IMG/VR virus record: IMGVR_UViG_3300025853_008930
Coordinates: 16,706-80,705 of that record
Origin: a virus
DNA: 64,000 nucleotides
Direction: 5' to 3' (one strand)
Notes under the pieces: model-generated
Told to the model about the DNA's origin: nothing
Databases searched by the model: none
What the model saw: the letters and a program-made list of their open reading frames with translations, nothing else
Translations under genes and position numbers: made by a program
Part shown: positions 48,176 to 57,729 of the stretch, in pieces
How the letters are laid out: every line of letters starts with the position of its first letter
Position numbering within the stretch: the stretch's first letter is position 1

Positions 48176-48370
48176 TTTATATAGTCAAGGGGAGGGAGGA
48201 GGCAATCGGGTCACTCGGTGACTCACCCCCCAACCGTAACTTGAGTAGTGAATCTACTCGACTTACGCTCACGGTTGAATTAGTTTAAAGCAAGGGGCAA
48301 CAAAGAAGTATATCATTTGATATTACCATGTTTCGGGGGGAACATGCGATGCTTAACTAATTCAACCACC
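48176..48370 (+). ncRNA. TATA box followed by a multi-hairpin RNA/leader
   Basis: TTTATATA at about 48177; stems gagtag/ctactc and ggttgaattagtt/aactaattcaacc (13 bp). Confidence 0.45.
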
Positions 48371-48389
48371 TCACACTCCCCAAATAAAA

Positions 48390-49835
48390 ATGGTGATAAA
48401 AATGATAAAAGGAACAATAGAACAAGATGAAATATGGAATGAAATAACAAACACAACCAATGATGTAATAGTCAATGCCGGTGCAGGAACAGGTAAGACT
48501 TTCACAATCGTAGAAGGTGCTAATAGAGCAAATGAAGTAAGAAAGGGTTTTCTATGCTTTAACAAATCTATTCAAACCGAACTACAAGAAAGACTACCCG
48601 AAGGTGTAGAGGCAAAGACATTTCACGCATTGGGTATGAAAGCAGTTAGAGATGTAGTTGGTAAAACTAAAGTAAACAATTGGAAAGTAAAGAATATCAT
48701 TGATACTATTCTAGGCCGTGACTATCACGCACAACCACTTGTCAAACTAATTAGTCTAATCAAAGGCTCAATGGTTGATTGCACTAACGAGCGAGAAATC
48801 TACAAATTAATTGATGAATATAATATTCAATTTCACGATGACCGAGAAGAAGCACTAGGTGTTAGCGTTGTTTGTCAAATACTTGACGAATGTAAATCAA
48901 TCACTCATGAAATTGACTTCGATGATATGATTTGGCTACCACTAGTCAATGGTTATCCTCTACCACAATTTGATATTCTATTCGTTGATGAAGCACAAGA
49001 CTTCAATGAAATGCAAAGACAACTAGTTTTGTCATGCACTAAAAACGGTAGATGTATTATTGTTGGTGACAAGAATCAAGCAATCTATGGCTTTAGAGGA
49101 GCAGATAGCGGTAGTATTGCTATCTTCAAGAATCAACTAGAAGCAAGAGGTAAAACTGTTGTAGAGTTTGGTTTGACTCTAACATGGAGATGTCCTAAGT
49201 TAGTGGTTGCAGAAGCAAACAGATATGTCAAAGACTTCAATTGTTTAGAAACTGCTGAAACAGGTAATGTTCATGTTAATGCGTATCTAAACCCACAGAA
49301 GGGTGACATGGTATTATGCAGATATAATGCACCATTAGTTAGTGCATTCTATGACTTGATTACTCAAGGTAAATCAGCATATATTCTAGGCCGTGACATG
49401 CACAAAGGTTTGGTAAACTATGTCAAAAAGATTACCAAGAACGAAGGTATGTCATCCGAGGAATTTTGCGAACTACTTGAAGTAAGTTATAATGCTGAAT
49501 ATGCTAAGTTGCTTAAGGCTGAAAAGCAAAACCAAGCAAACACACTTAGCGATAAATATGAATGTATCAAGATATTTGCTAGTAAGGCAAACTATGTTGG
49601 TGGCATTATCAAAGAAATCGAAAAACTGTTTAACAGTAAAACAAGAGGCGATATTAAATTATCAACTGTTCACAAGGCTAAAGGTCTTGAGGCTGATAAT
49701 GTATTCATCTTAGCAACTGAAAGAATGCCACATCCAAAAGCATCTAATATGCAAGAGGAAAGAAACATTTGTTATGTTGCTATAACAAGGGCTAAGAAAA
49801 ACCTATATTATTGTGGCCCAAGACCAAAGAATTGA
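48390..49835 (+). CDS. UvrD/Rep-like superfamily 1 helicase
   Basis: AGAGTGKT, VDEAQD, VGDKNQAIYGFRGA, STVHKAKGLE, YVAITRAK. Confidence 0.93.
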   Translation: MVIKMIKGTIEQDEIWNEITNTTNDVIVNAGAGTGKTFTIVEGANRANEVRKGFLCFNKSIQTELQERLPEGVEAKTFHALGMKAVRDVVGKTKVNNWKVKNIIDTILGRDYHAQPLVKLISLIKGSMVDCTNEREIYKLIDEYNIQFHDDREEALGVSVVCQILDECKSITHEIDFDDMIWLPLVNGYPLPQFDILFVDEAQDFNEMQRQLVLSCTKNGRCIIVGDKNQAIYGFRGADSGSIAIFKNQLEARGKTVVEFGLTLTWRCPKLVVAEANRYVKDFNCLETAETGNVHVNAYLNPQKGDMVLCRYNAPLVSAFYDLITQGKSAYILGRDMHKGLVNYVKKITKNEGMSSEEFCELLEVSYNAEYAKLLKAEKQNQANTLSDKYECIKIFASKANYVGGIIKEIEKLFNSKTRGDIKLSTVHKAKGLEADNVFILATERMPHPKASNMQEERNICYVAITRAKKNLYYCGPRPKN

Positions 49836-51139
49836 ATGGAGGAATAAAAATGGAAACAGAAATAATTAGAGCAAAAAGAAGTTTAGGTGACGGACATTGG
49901 GATAAGAAACTCATTGCCAATATGGTAGAGTTATCTAATGCCGACAACTATGAGGAGGCAAAACATGAATGGATTGCTACCGGAGATGTTTGGTGGAGTG
50001 GTAATTCTAACGAAAGACCATCATGGGTTAATGACCATGCAGGTAAGTGTCTTTGTGGACATAGAGTTGTCTATCACTTCAAGATAATGAACACCGAAAA
50101 CGGTAATGAAGAATGTGTCGGTAGTGAACATATTGGTTCGTATCTTATTCTTAGAGAAATCAAAGAAAGAACCGGACTTAAAGAATCCGAGATTACTGAT
50201 GAGATGATTCAAGAATGGATTAACGAAAGAACACAATCTATGATTCAAACCGCATGGTGGCATACTAATGGTGAACACTTTACTGAAATGTTTGATGCTA
50301 TCAAAGAGGCTGATTTGAGAATCAATGTTAAGTCTAAAGACCAATATTGGTGTTGGACTGATAAGAAATACAAAATAAGAAGTCGTGTGTTAAAGCGTGG
50401 TAGTGGTAAACTCGGTGAAGAGGGTTATCAAATGTCATCTATTGTATGGCGTTGGAGTCATCCAAATAATCCTAAGAATCAACGAACAACTAGAGGCTAT
50501 CCGAATGATAAACTTTGGAATGACTTAGTTTACTTCCATGCTATGTATCTTGTTGAGCATAAAGTGAGATTAGACGCTGAAGATGCTAGACTCGATAAAG
50601 CAACTCAACAACAACATGAAAGAATGGCTAGACAGGAACAAGAGCGTTTAGAAAGACAAGAACGCCAACGACTTAGAGAGCAAGAATGGGAAAGACAACG
50701 GGCTGAAAGACAGGCTAAGTATGAACAAGAAGAAAAAGAGCGTAAGGCAAATCTTCTAATCACTAATGCGGATAAACTAACTCAAGAGCGACAACAACTA
50801 AACGACCTATCTATGTTTAACAACACAGAAGTTACCGAGTTCAAGAATATGTGCGACTACTATGGCTTACCTGTCTTTGACGGTAACTTCCCTATATCAA
50901 TATGGGAATCTTCTTTCTTGTTAGACATTAGAAGAAGAATGGCTAGTGGTAGAGAGTTATCACCGAATCAACTACAAACTCTCAAGAATATTTGTAGTGG
51001 TGAACCTGCTACATCTAAGCAAGTTCAATACTTAGAAAACTTAGGCTATGAAGGTAGTTTTGACGGTATAACTAAAAGAAAGGCTAGCATCATGATTACC
51101 AACAAGAAGCAATACGACACTTTTGAGGGAGAACAATGA
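49811..51139 (+). CDS. Hypothetical protein with a Zn-like motif and coiled coil
   Basis: CLCGH...VGSEH; QER-rich helix; C-terminal PATSKQVQYL. Confidence 0.6.
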   Translation: MWPKTKELNGGIKMETEIIRAKRSLGDGHWDKKLIANMVELSNADNYEEAKHEWIATGDVWWSGNSNERPSWVNDHAGKCLCGHRVVYHFKIMNTENGNEECVGSEHIGSYLILREIKERTGLKESEITDEMIQEWINERTQSMIQTAWWHTNGEHFTEMFDAIKEADLRINVKSKDQYWCWTDKKYKIRSRVLKRGSGKLGEEGYQMSSIVWRWSHPNNPKNQRTTRGYPNDKLWNDLVYFHAMYLVEHKVRLDAEDARLDKATQQQHERMARQEQERLERQERQRLREQEWERQRAERQAKYEQEEKERKANLLITNADKLTQERQQLNDLSMFNNTEVTEFKNMCDYYGLPVFDGNFPISIWESSFLLDIRRRMASGRELSPNQLQTLKNICSGEPATSKQVQYLENLGYEGSFDGITKRKASIMITNKKQYDTFEGEQ

Positions 51140-51779
51140 CACAAAAGAAAGGTAATAAACGACAAACTCGCTCAAAGCCTAAAGAAGACTTGAATAAAGA
51201 TGCAGAATATCTTGTAGGTCTAATCAAGGAATTTGATAAGTTTCTCGATGAACACTCTCACCATCGAGTGAGAAAGGTTATCGAAGCCTACAAGAAATTC
51301 TTTAAGGGTCAATTGTGATTGAATGCTTAATTGGCTCAAGCAGTTCTTTGTTAAAGAGCGTAAAGAGAAAATTCCTAAGTGCTACAAATGTGGGTTAGTA
51401 GCATCAACGATGGTGTTTATGGAATTTAAAACAATGGAACTAGAAGAAATAGAAAATAATATTCTAGTTCAACTTTGTAGTCATTGTCATACAGAATTAT
51501 TTGTTTTGTATGACAAAGACTACATCCCACCAATAATAAATAAAAATGGAGATGAAAATAATGGATGAAGAAATATATAAAATAATAACAGATAGTTACG
51601 GGACTGTCTTTGAACCTGCTCCTAGAGAGCAAATAGAAGTGCATAAGAAACATGCAAATGAGGGCATGGATATTGCCCTTCGTCATTTCAAAAGAAACCC
51701 AAGTGCAGAAAATTTCAACTTGCTAAAAGTGGCTATGCTAACTTATCAGTATTGGGTGCAAAAGAGGGTGATGCAATGA
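51136..51779 (+). CDS. Three small hypothetical ORFs (51136-51318; 51323-51568, Zn finger; 51546-51779)
   Basis: Coupled ORFs. Confidence 0.5.
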
Positions 51780-52414
51780 ATATATTTGCACTATCAAAAA
51801 GCCCTGTAGAATCAGCACAACAAATGATAAACAAGCATGTAGTAAAAATGCCAACTGAAACTTGTCAAATGCTACATACTAATGCTTTGTTTAAAGAATA
51901 CACGGATAGATACGGACAAGAACCAACTCTAGCACAACTAAAACAATACCACGAAGATACAGAATCTATCTTAATGAAACCTGCTATGCTTAACCACCCT
52001 AGCACTATTTGGGCTAGACAAAACAATGATAATACTATGTGGTTGTTTGAACATGGTATGGCTCTTTGTGAAGAGTATTCACTAAGATACTACAATAAAA
52101 GACATGGCACTCACAAAAGACTATTACAAACACCAATAGAATATGATGCAGACAGCAGTTTAGCGACACCCGTAACCATTGCTATGTTTGATAGTTATAG
52201 AATACCAAATGAGTATGGAGAACATTGTTGGGAATATGTAGTTGATTCTTATAGACACTACTACCTTGAAGGTAAGTGGAGATTCGCACAGTGGACTAAA
52301 AGAGAAGAACCTAGTTGGTGGCCTAAAAATCATGCCATCAATAAGGGCAATGAAATAATCATAGATTACAACGAAAGATTCGGTGCTAACATAAAACTGT
52401 TGGAGGTAAAATAA
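51752..52414 (+). CDS. Pyrimidine-dimer DNA glycosylase-like (DenV-related) protein
   Basis: MNIF..........KHVVKM..E..QML, NHPSTIW, SYRHYY motifs. Confidence 0.7.
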   Translation: MGAKEGDAMNIFALSKSPVESAQQMINKHVVKMPTETCQMLHTNALFKEYTDRYGQEPTLAQLKQYHEDTESILMKPAMLNHPSTIWARQNNDNTMWLFEHGMALCEEYSLRYYNKRHGTHKRLLQTPIEYDADSSLATPVTIAMFDSYRIPNEYGEHCWEYVVDSYRHYYLEGKWRFAQWTKREEPSWWPKNHAINKGNEIIIDYNERFGANIKLLEVK

Positions 52415-52981
52415 TGGAATGTGAAAAATGTAATGGAACAGGATGGGTAGATAGTTGGAGTATAGGTCACGATGTAATGTTGAAAGAACAATGTTATGAT
52501 TGTATGGCCCACGAAAGAGATAAAGTTCAACTTGGTATGGAAATATCTAAACTACTATCTACTCTTAGTAGAGAGAGACTCGCAATAAATTTAGCCCAAC
52601 TATTAGTAGAGTTGTCGGACAAACACTACGACTTAACTAAACTCGATGAACTAGTTGCGGCTAAAGATAAAGAAGGAATAATGATGGAAATAAAATATAT
52701 GATGTGATAAAATGAAAAAGAATGTAGAATTTAGTATAGTGCAAGATTTAGAGTTACCCCCGTTGGTAATCTCGATGAATGAATATGATGTTCCTAAAGT
52801 TATGTTGAATACTCAACATAAAATATGGTTGTCTTTAAATAGACGATTAATCTTAGGAATCTTTGAAGCCCTGCCGGAAAAACTAGATATGATTTTAGAC
52901 GGTTATCTTAGGGAACAAAGAATGTATGAAATTGATGACAATAACATGCAAAAGCAAATTAACGGTAGAGGTGAAGAATAA
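52414..52981 (+). CDS. Two small hypothetical ORFs (52414-52707 with CxxCxGxG; 52712-52981)
   Basis: ORF track. Confidence 0.55.
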
Positions 52982-53076
52982 ATTGGTAAATGATTTATTT
53001 TCATTCACTCGAAGCCGGAATGAAATTAGGCTCGCTTTAAATAGTGATTAAAATAAAATAAATAGGAGAGAAAAAT

Positions 53077-53193
53077 ATGTGGAAAGGAATTTTGAAAGTA
53101 GCATTTTGGGGAACGGTAGGACTATCAACTGGCTTGGTCGGACTAGCGTTACTAGCACAAGACGACGACTTAGGTAGTGGTCGTTTAGAATAA
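53077..53193 (+). CDS. 38-aa single-TM microprotein
   Basis: Hand-translated MWKGILKVAFWGTVGLSTGLVGLALLAQDDD...; GGAG SD. Confidence 0.5.
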   Translation: MWKGILKVAFWGTVGLSTGLVGLALLAQDDDLGSGRLE

Positions 53194-53211
53194 AAAAATA
53201 AAAAAAAGGAG

Positions 53212-53421
53212 ATGAAAAATATGGTAAAAGTAAGAATATTGAACGAAACAGGACATACGGAACTTCAACTAGAAGTTCAAGAGGTTATTGAGCAAATTGA
53301 CACACACCCTACACATTGGGTTTTCGTTGATGGTGAAATGGTTAGCCGTGAATCTATCAATGAAATCAATTGGGATGCAGTAGACAGCGTTGATTTGACC
53401 CCTGCTATCGTAGGCGGCTGA
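53212..53421 (+). CDS. Ubiquitin-like (ThiS/MoaD/SAMP) beta-grasp protein
   Basis: 69 aa; VFVDGE; ends DSVDLTPAIVGG; followed by a strong hairpin at about 53461-53491. Confidence 0.85.
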   Translation: MKNMVKVRILNETGHTELQLEVQEVIEQIDTHPTHWVFVDGEMVSRESINEINWDAVDSVDLTPAIVGG

Positions 53422-53500
53422 ATTAGTATCTACTGATTCTTCTCAATAATGATGGAAGAGGGGAGAAGGGGTTATTACACTCCTTCTCCCCGTTTGTGGT

Positions 53501-53851
53501 GTGAAGATAGATTATGAGGACTTCATTGAATCCTCTTTCACCATAATAAATGGTTGGGATTACAAGGTTGAATCGTGGATTATAGATAGATTTGAAATGG
53601 TTGTTTCAAGTAGAAGTCAAAAATCCATGATAAAATTTTCAGTAAGTCAATTATTAGACAACATATTATGGGGAGTCCCTATAGCAGTTAATCGAGGTTT
53701 TTATGAATGGAAGATTGAGAATCTTCCTCTTAGATTAGAAGCAATGAAATTCCATAGAGAAAATTGTAGTGGTCATGACAATTGTAAAATGTGTAAGTTA
53801 GAAAAACAATGGAGTGAATTTAATGAAAGAACAAGACCCGAACTATGTTAG
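53501..53851 (+). CDS. Hypothetical protein
   Basis: ORF track. Confidence 0.45.
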   Translation: MKIDYEDFIESSFTIINGWDYKVESWIIDRFEMVVSSRSQKSMIKFSVSQLLDNILWGVPIAVNRGFYEWKIENLPLRLEAMKFHRENCSGHDNCKMCKLEKQWSEFNERTRPELC

Positions 53852-53990
53852 TAGCCATAGAGCGTATAAGAAAAGAATTGCTACTAGATGCCGTGTATGC
53901 GGTGGGCAACTATTATTGCCCGAAGAAATTAAATTAGAAAGGCACAAGAAATGTGTGCCGAAATCAGATTCAAAAATATATATGATGTGA
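53823..53990 (+). CDS. 55-aa Zn-finger microprotein
   Basis: Hand-translated ...RCRVCGGQLLLPEEIKLERHKKC... Confidence 0.5.
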   Translation: MKEQDPNYVSSHRAYKKRIATRCRVCGGQLLLPEEIKLERHKKCVPKSDSKIYMM

Positions 53991-53995
53991 TAAGA

Positions 53996-55162
53996 ATGAA
54001 GAAAATAGAAATTGAAATAAGAAAGCCGGATGATGGAGCCAATTATTATACGACTTATGTAAAGTCCGACCTGCTACGCTACAGTAGAAATAAAACTGTA
54101 AACCCTGATAGGTCAGCAAAAGACCCTTTACATGGAGCGTTAAAGACTATGTTCAAAAACATACTAAAACAACCTAGAACGAATAGATGGGGTTACACTA
54201 ACAAACTAAACTATTTTGGTGAAGGTGATTTTAGTGGAGTATTTTGGATAAAAGAATGTCCAATTGCCCTATCAAGAACCAATGGTAAATTTAGAATAAA
54301 TGGTAAAGCAGAAAGTATGGAAACTATCGCCAATGCTTTTGCTAGAGTTGCATTCAAATCTTGCTTTAGTGATGATAATTCTCAACTAATGCAGACCTTA
54401 TTTACTTCTCTAAGTCTTAGTGAAGATATTAAATATGTATTAGAAAATAGAGTTCCTTATCATTACTTTAGAGATTTTGAAAAGCAAGAAGTTAGACTTA
54501 ATGTTGCTCAAATAGGTGACAAGGAGTTTGCTATTGAAATTGGTGATGGGGTGTGGGGTAATATCTCAATGAAAGATTTACAGTCATTTTGTAACTACTA
54601 TATTCATGGTAAGAAGAATAGTAAGTTTAGAAGAATGGGCCTAAAAAGACTATACGAAGCACTAGTCGGTAGAGAACCACTAGACTCGGACATTAAAGTT
54701 ATGAGGGAGTTTCTAGCACAAAACAGAACCGAAGACCTTATTGAGAATAGAGCCAAAGAACTGTTAAGAGACATCACTAAACAATATCCTAATAGAATTA
54801 AACTAATAGAAGATGAAAACAACGAACCGGAAACAATGTATATTGCAGGTAATGAATACGATTGGAAACTATCTAATAGCAAATACAAGAGCGACATACA
54901 AATGGTATCTACTTTTGTTAGACAGAAGCGAGATATTATTGTTGATGATGAAACCACTAAAGAAGAGTGGTATTGGAGTGGGCCAATATGTATAGATAAT
55001 ATGGCTAGAGGTTCTTCACTAGGCGACCAATTCGCAACTAGGGCATTTGCTCTACTTAATGATAATATGACAGTAGCAAGAGTTAGCACAATTAAAGGCT
55101 ACTTAAAATACAAACCAAATGAAAATGAAAGAGTGGATATAAATGAAATGCATGGAGTGTAA
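53996..55162 (+). CDS. Hypothetical protein within the Ubl module
   Basis: Likely start MKKIEIEI; C-terminal GPICID motif. Confidence 0.6.
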   Translation: MKKIEIEIRKPDDGANYYTTYVKSDLLRYSRNKTVNPDRSAKDPLHGALKTMFKNILKQPRTNRWGYTNKLNYFGEGDFSGVFWIKECPIALSRTNGKFRINGKAESMETIANAFARVAFKSCFSDDNSQLMQTLFTSLSLSEDIKYVLENRVPYHYFRDFEKQEVRLNVAQIGDKEFAIEIGDGVWGNISMKDLQSFCNYYIHGKKNSKFRRMGLKRLYEALVGREPLDSDIKVMREFLAQNRTEDLIENRAKELLRDITKQYPNRIKLIEDENNEPETMYIAGNEYDWKLSNSKYKSDIQMVSTFVRQKRDIIVDDETTKEEWYWSGPICIDNMARGSSLGDQFATRAFALLNDNMTVARVSTIKGYLKYKPNENERVDINEMHGV

Positions 55163-55979
55163 TGGAACACAATTTGAAATGGATGAAAGAATGGGCGAAC
55201 TATCTTGTATAGATTGCGGCTACATAGCAGTAACAGAACTGTTTGAACAAACAACCTTGCCTGTTAATAAAGATGGTGAGTTTATTCATTCTGCTGATAA
55301 GTTATTGGGGTCAAGAACAAACCACAACGAAAAGGCGTGGCTTAGAAATTCTAATCACCATTTAGAGAAAGGGCTTAGAATGTGCAATATGTTATTGGCT
55401 ACATTGATGCCTAATCATCCATTAAAGGATAGAGTAGAAGAGTGTTATATCTCTCTTTATAGAAGTAACACTCTTACTACTTTAGGTGTTGAAGAAAAGG
55501 CAACTGCTGTTGTATATTATGTTCTAAGAGAAAACAGAACACCTGTATCTCTTAAAGAGTTAAGGCAAGAGTTTTCTTGTAATACTAGAACATTAAATCA
55601 AGCAATAAAAAGAATCAACAAGCATTTCAATAATGTAAATGCCTATACTAAGATTGACCCGCATTATATGTTAAAGACGGTTACAAGTAAAATTACTGAT
55701 GACTTAACATTTGCATCTAAATGTCAAGATGTGTTAGAATTATTTGAGCCTCTAACACAAAATGTAGATTGTGTAAAAGGCACAGTATATTATTCTAGTA
55801 TTTGTTGGATTGCCAAGAATATTTACTTGCATCCAATAAAACAGAAAGAGATTGCAGAAAAGGCTAATGTGTCTTTATCTTCAATTAAACTAACCACAAA
55901 GAAACTGTTGGCTTTGATTGGTTATGAAAAATGCTCTCAAGTGAGAGGTAAACAGATAAATGAATTAAGGAGAAATTAA
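55143..55979 (+). CDS. tfb: Transcription factor B (TFIIB) homolog
   Basis: N-terminal CxxC...GEL.CxxCG Zn ribbon and two cyclin-like repeats ending in an HTH (QKEIAEKANVS). Confidence 0.85.
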   Translation: MKCMECNGTQFEMDERMGELSCIDCGYIAVTELFEQTTLPVNKDGEFIHSADKLLGSRTNHNEKAWLRNSNHHLEKGLRMCNMLLATLMPNHPLKDRVEECYISLYRSNTLTTLGVEEKATAVVYYVLRENRTPVSLKELRQEFSCNTRTLNQAIKRINKHFNNVNAYTKIDPHYMLKTVTSKITDDLTFASKCQDVLELFEPLTQNVDCVKGTVYYSSICWIAKNIYLHPIKQKEIAEKANVSLSSIKLTTKKLLALIGYEKCSQVRGKQINELRRN

Positions 55980-55980
55980 A

Positions 55981-56396
55981 ATGATAAATGAAGAATGGAT
56001 TGAATATTATGTATATTTAGAAGAATTACGGCAAAGTGGAGAAACCAATATGTTTGGTGCTACTCCGTATTTGAGAGAAGAATTTGGCTTAGGCCGAAGA
56101 GAAGCAATAAAGATTCTAAGTAGTTGGATGGATAACTACGAAGAACTAGTAGAAAAAGGAATAATAAATAGAGGTGACTAAGTATGAAGGATGAATTACA
56201 ATATCCAACATTAGCAATACAGTTAGTAAATCCACAGGGCATGCCTTATGATATGCCGGATGATTGGATGGAAACCGTTATTTCTATTGCGGCTATGATT
56301 AATGCCAAGTATAAGATTGGCGTTGATACAGTCTATGGAACAGCATCAAGAGAAGGATTTGAGATATTAAGTGAAGAATGTGGACAGGTGGAATAA
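55981..56396 (+). CDS. Two small hypothetical ORFs (55981-56181 with LRQSGETNMFGA; 56184-56396)
   Basis: ORF track. Confidence 0.55.
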
Positions 56397-56398
56397 AA

Positions 56399-56962
56399 AT
56401 GAAAAGAAAAATATTAGTAATTGGAGCAGGTGGAATAGGAAGTTATCTTATTTCATTTTTGAATAACTTAGACTTGTATGAGATACAAGTGAATGACGAT
56501 GATAAAGTAGAGACAAAGAATCTAACATATCAAAACTTCAATAGTGGCGATGTTGGTTTCCATAAAGTCAATAGAATGAAGAATAAGTTTGGAGATACTG
56601 TAAAGGTAGCAAGCCCCTATCCTATCTTAACACCCAATCAACTTGAAGGATTTGACCTAGTAGTTTGTTGTGTAGATAACTTAGGCACTAGAAGAATGCT
56701 TTACAATTCAAATGTAAAGTGGCTAGACCTGCGTTCTCAAGGTAGAAATGCGGCCTATGTTTCTTATCAAGCAGACCCATCAATGTATGATAGTTTGCTA
56801 GCAGGTAAGGAAGGTTCGTTTAGTTGTCAAGGAGAATCATGGGATGGTTCTCAAGAAGGAATACATTTCATGCACATGGCTATTGCAGGTATGGGCGCAC
56901 AATGGATTCAAAGATGGTTTAATGGTGAAAGTGTAAACTCTTTTGCCGTAGTAAATGTATGA
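56399..56962 (+). CDS. ThiF/MoeB/E1-like activating enzyme
   Basis: LVIGAGGIG, DDDKVETKNLTYQ, CCVDN..R motifs; start approximate (MKRKIL). Confidence 0.88.
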   Translation: MKRKILVIGAGGIGSYLISFLNNLDLYEIQVNDDDKVETKNLTYQNFNSGDVGFHKVNRMKNKFGDTVKVASPYPILTPNQLEGFDLVVCCVDNLGTRRMLYNSNVKWLDLRSQGRNAAYVSYQADPSMYDSLLAGKEGSFSCQGESWDGSQEGIHFMHMAIAGMGAQWIQRWFNGESVNSFAVVNV

Positions 56963-56971
56963 GGTGATAAA

Positions 56972-57520
56972 ATGGTAGATATAGAAATAGAAAAATTAGA
57001 AGATGCTAGAGTTAGAGCAGAACAACACATACTGAATGTGTGGGCTGAAGAAGGTATGTTAGAGTTAAATGCTATTGGTGTTGATTGGAATAATAAACAT
57101 AAAGTAGATATGACTTCATATAAAGATAAAAGATTCTTTAATGCTATTTGGCATGCTTCCACAGAAATACTACCTGCCTTAGAAGTGCAAGTGGTTATTG
57201 ATGGTAAGAATGATTGTTATGTTACAACTGGTTCATCCGGCTATGTTGAGTTTGGTATGCAACCTCCTGTTGGTATGAGTTTACCGATTAAGTGTTGGAT
57301 TCACACTCACCCATTCGGTGCGGCTTATTTTAGTGGTGTTGATTGGGGAACAGTAAATGTATGGAAGTCATTAATGCACGAAGCCTATGTATTGGGCGGT
57401 GTAGAACACTATGGTTATTGGCATAATTCAAAGCCGGACTTATTAATGATTAGATACTTGGATGAAAATGGATTAGAGACTTTTAGAGGTCAAGTGCAGA
57501 ATAGAGGTGAAGAAGAATGA
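56972..57520 (+). CDS. JAB/MPN+ metallo-isopeptidase
   Basis: E...WIHTHP....FSGVD JAMM motif. Confidence 0.85.
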   Translation: MVDIEIEKLEDARVRAEQHILNVWAEEGMLELNAIGVDWNNKHKVDMTSYKDKRFFNAIWHASTEILPALEVQVVIDGKNDCYVTTGSSGYVEFGMQPPVGMSLPIKCWIHTHPFGAAYFSGVDWGTVNVWKSLMHEAYVLGGVEHYGYWHNSKPDLLMIRYLDENGLETFRGQVQNRGEEE

Positions 57521-57729
57521 AAGCAGTAGGAAAATGGGTATTAGTAGAAAAAGTAAATGAAAAGAGTGGGGCAATCATATCTAAAGTAGATAACAAAGGC
57601 GTAGTTGTAGACTGTCGCTGTGATAAAAACTTGAGAGATAAGATTGTCTACTTTAATGAAAGAAAAGATTATGTTAAAGTGAACGACTTTATTGCAGTTC
57701 ACTATGATGATATATTGGCGGTGGAATAA
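57517..57729 (+). CDS. groES: GroES-like co-chaperonin
   Basis: MKAVGKWVLV..SGAII...DILAVE; adjacent to GroEL. Confidence 0.75.
   Translation: MKAVGKWVLVEKVNEKSGAIISKVDNKGVVVDCRCDKNLRDKIVYFNERKDYVKVNDFIAVHYDDILAVE

Noticed and set aside
53077-53193. MWKGILK start as another W-tag protein
   Set aside because: It lies in the early/replication strand and continues into a TM helix; probably coincidental, though not excluded
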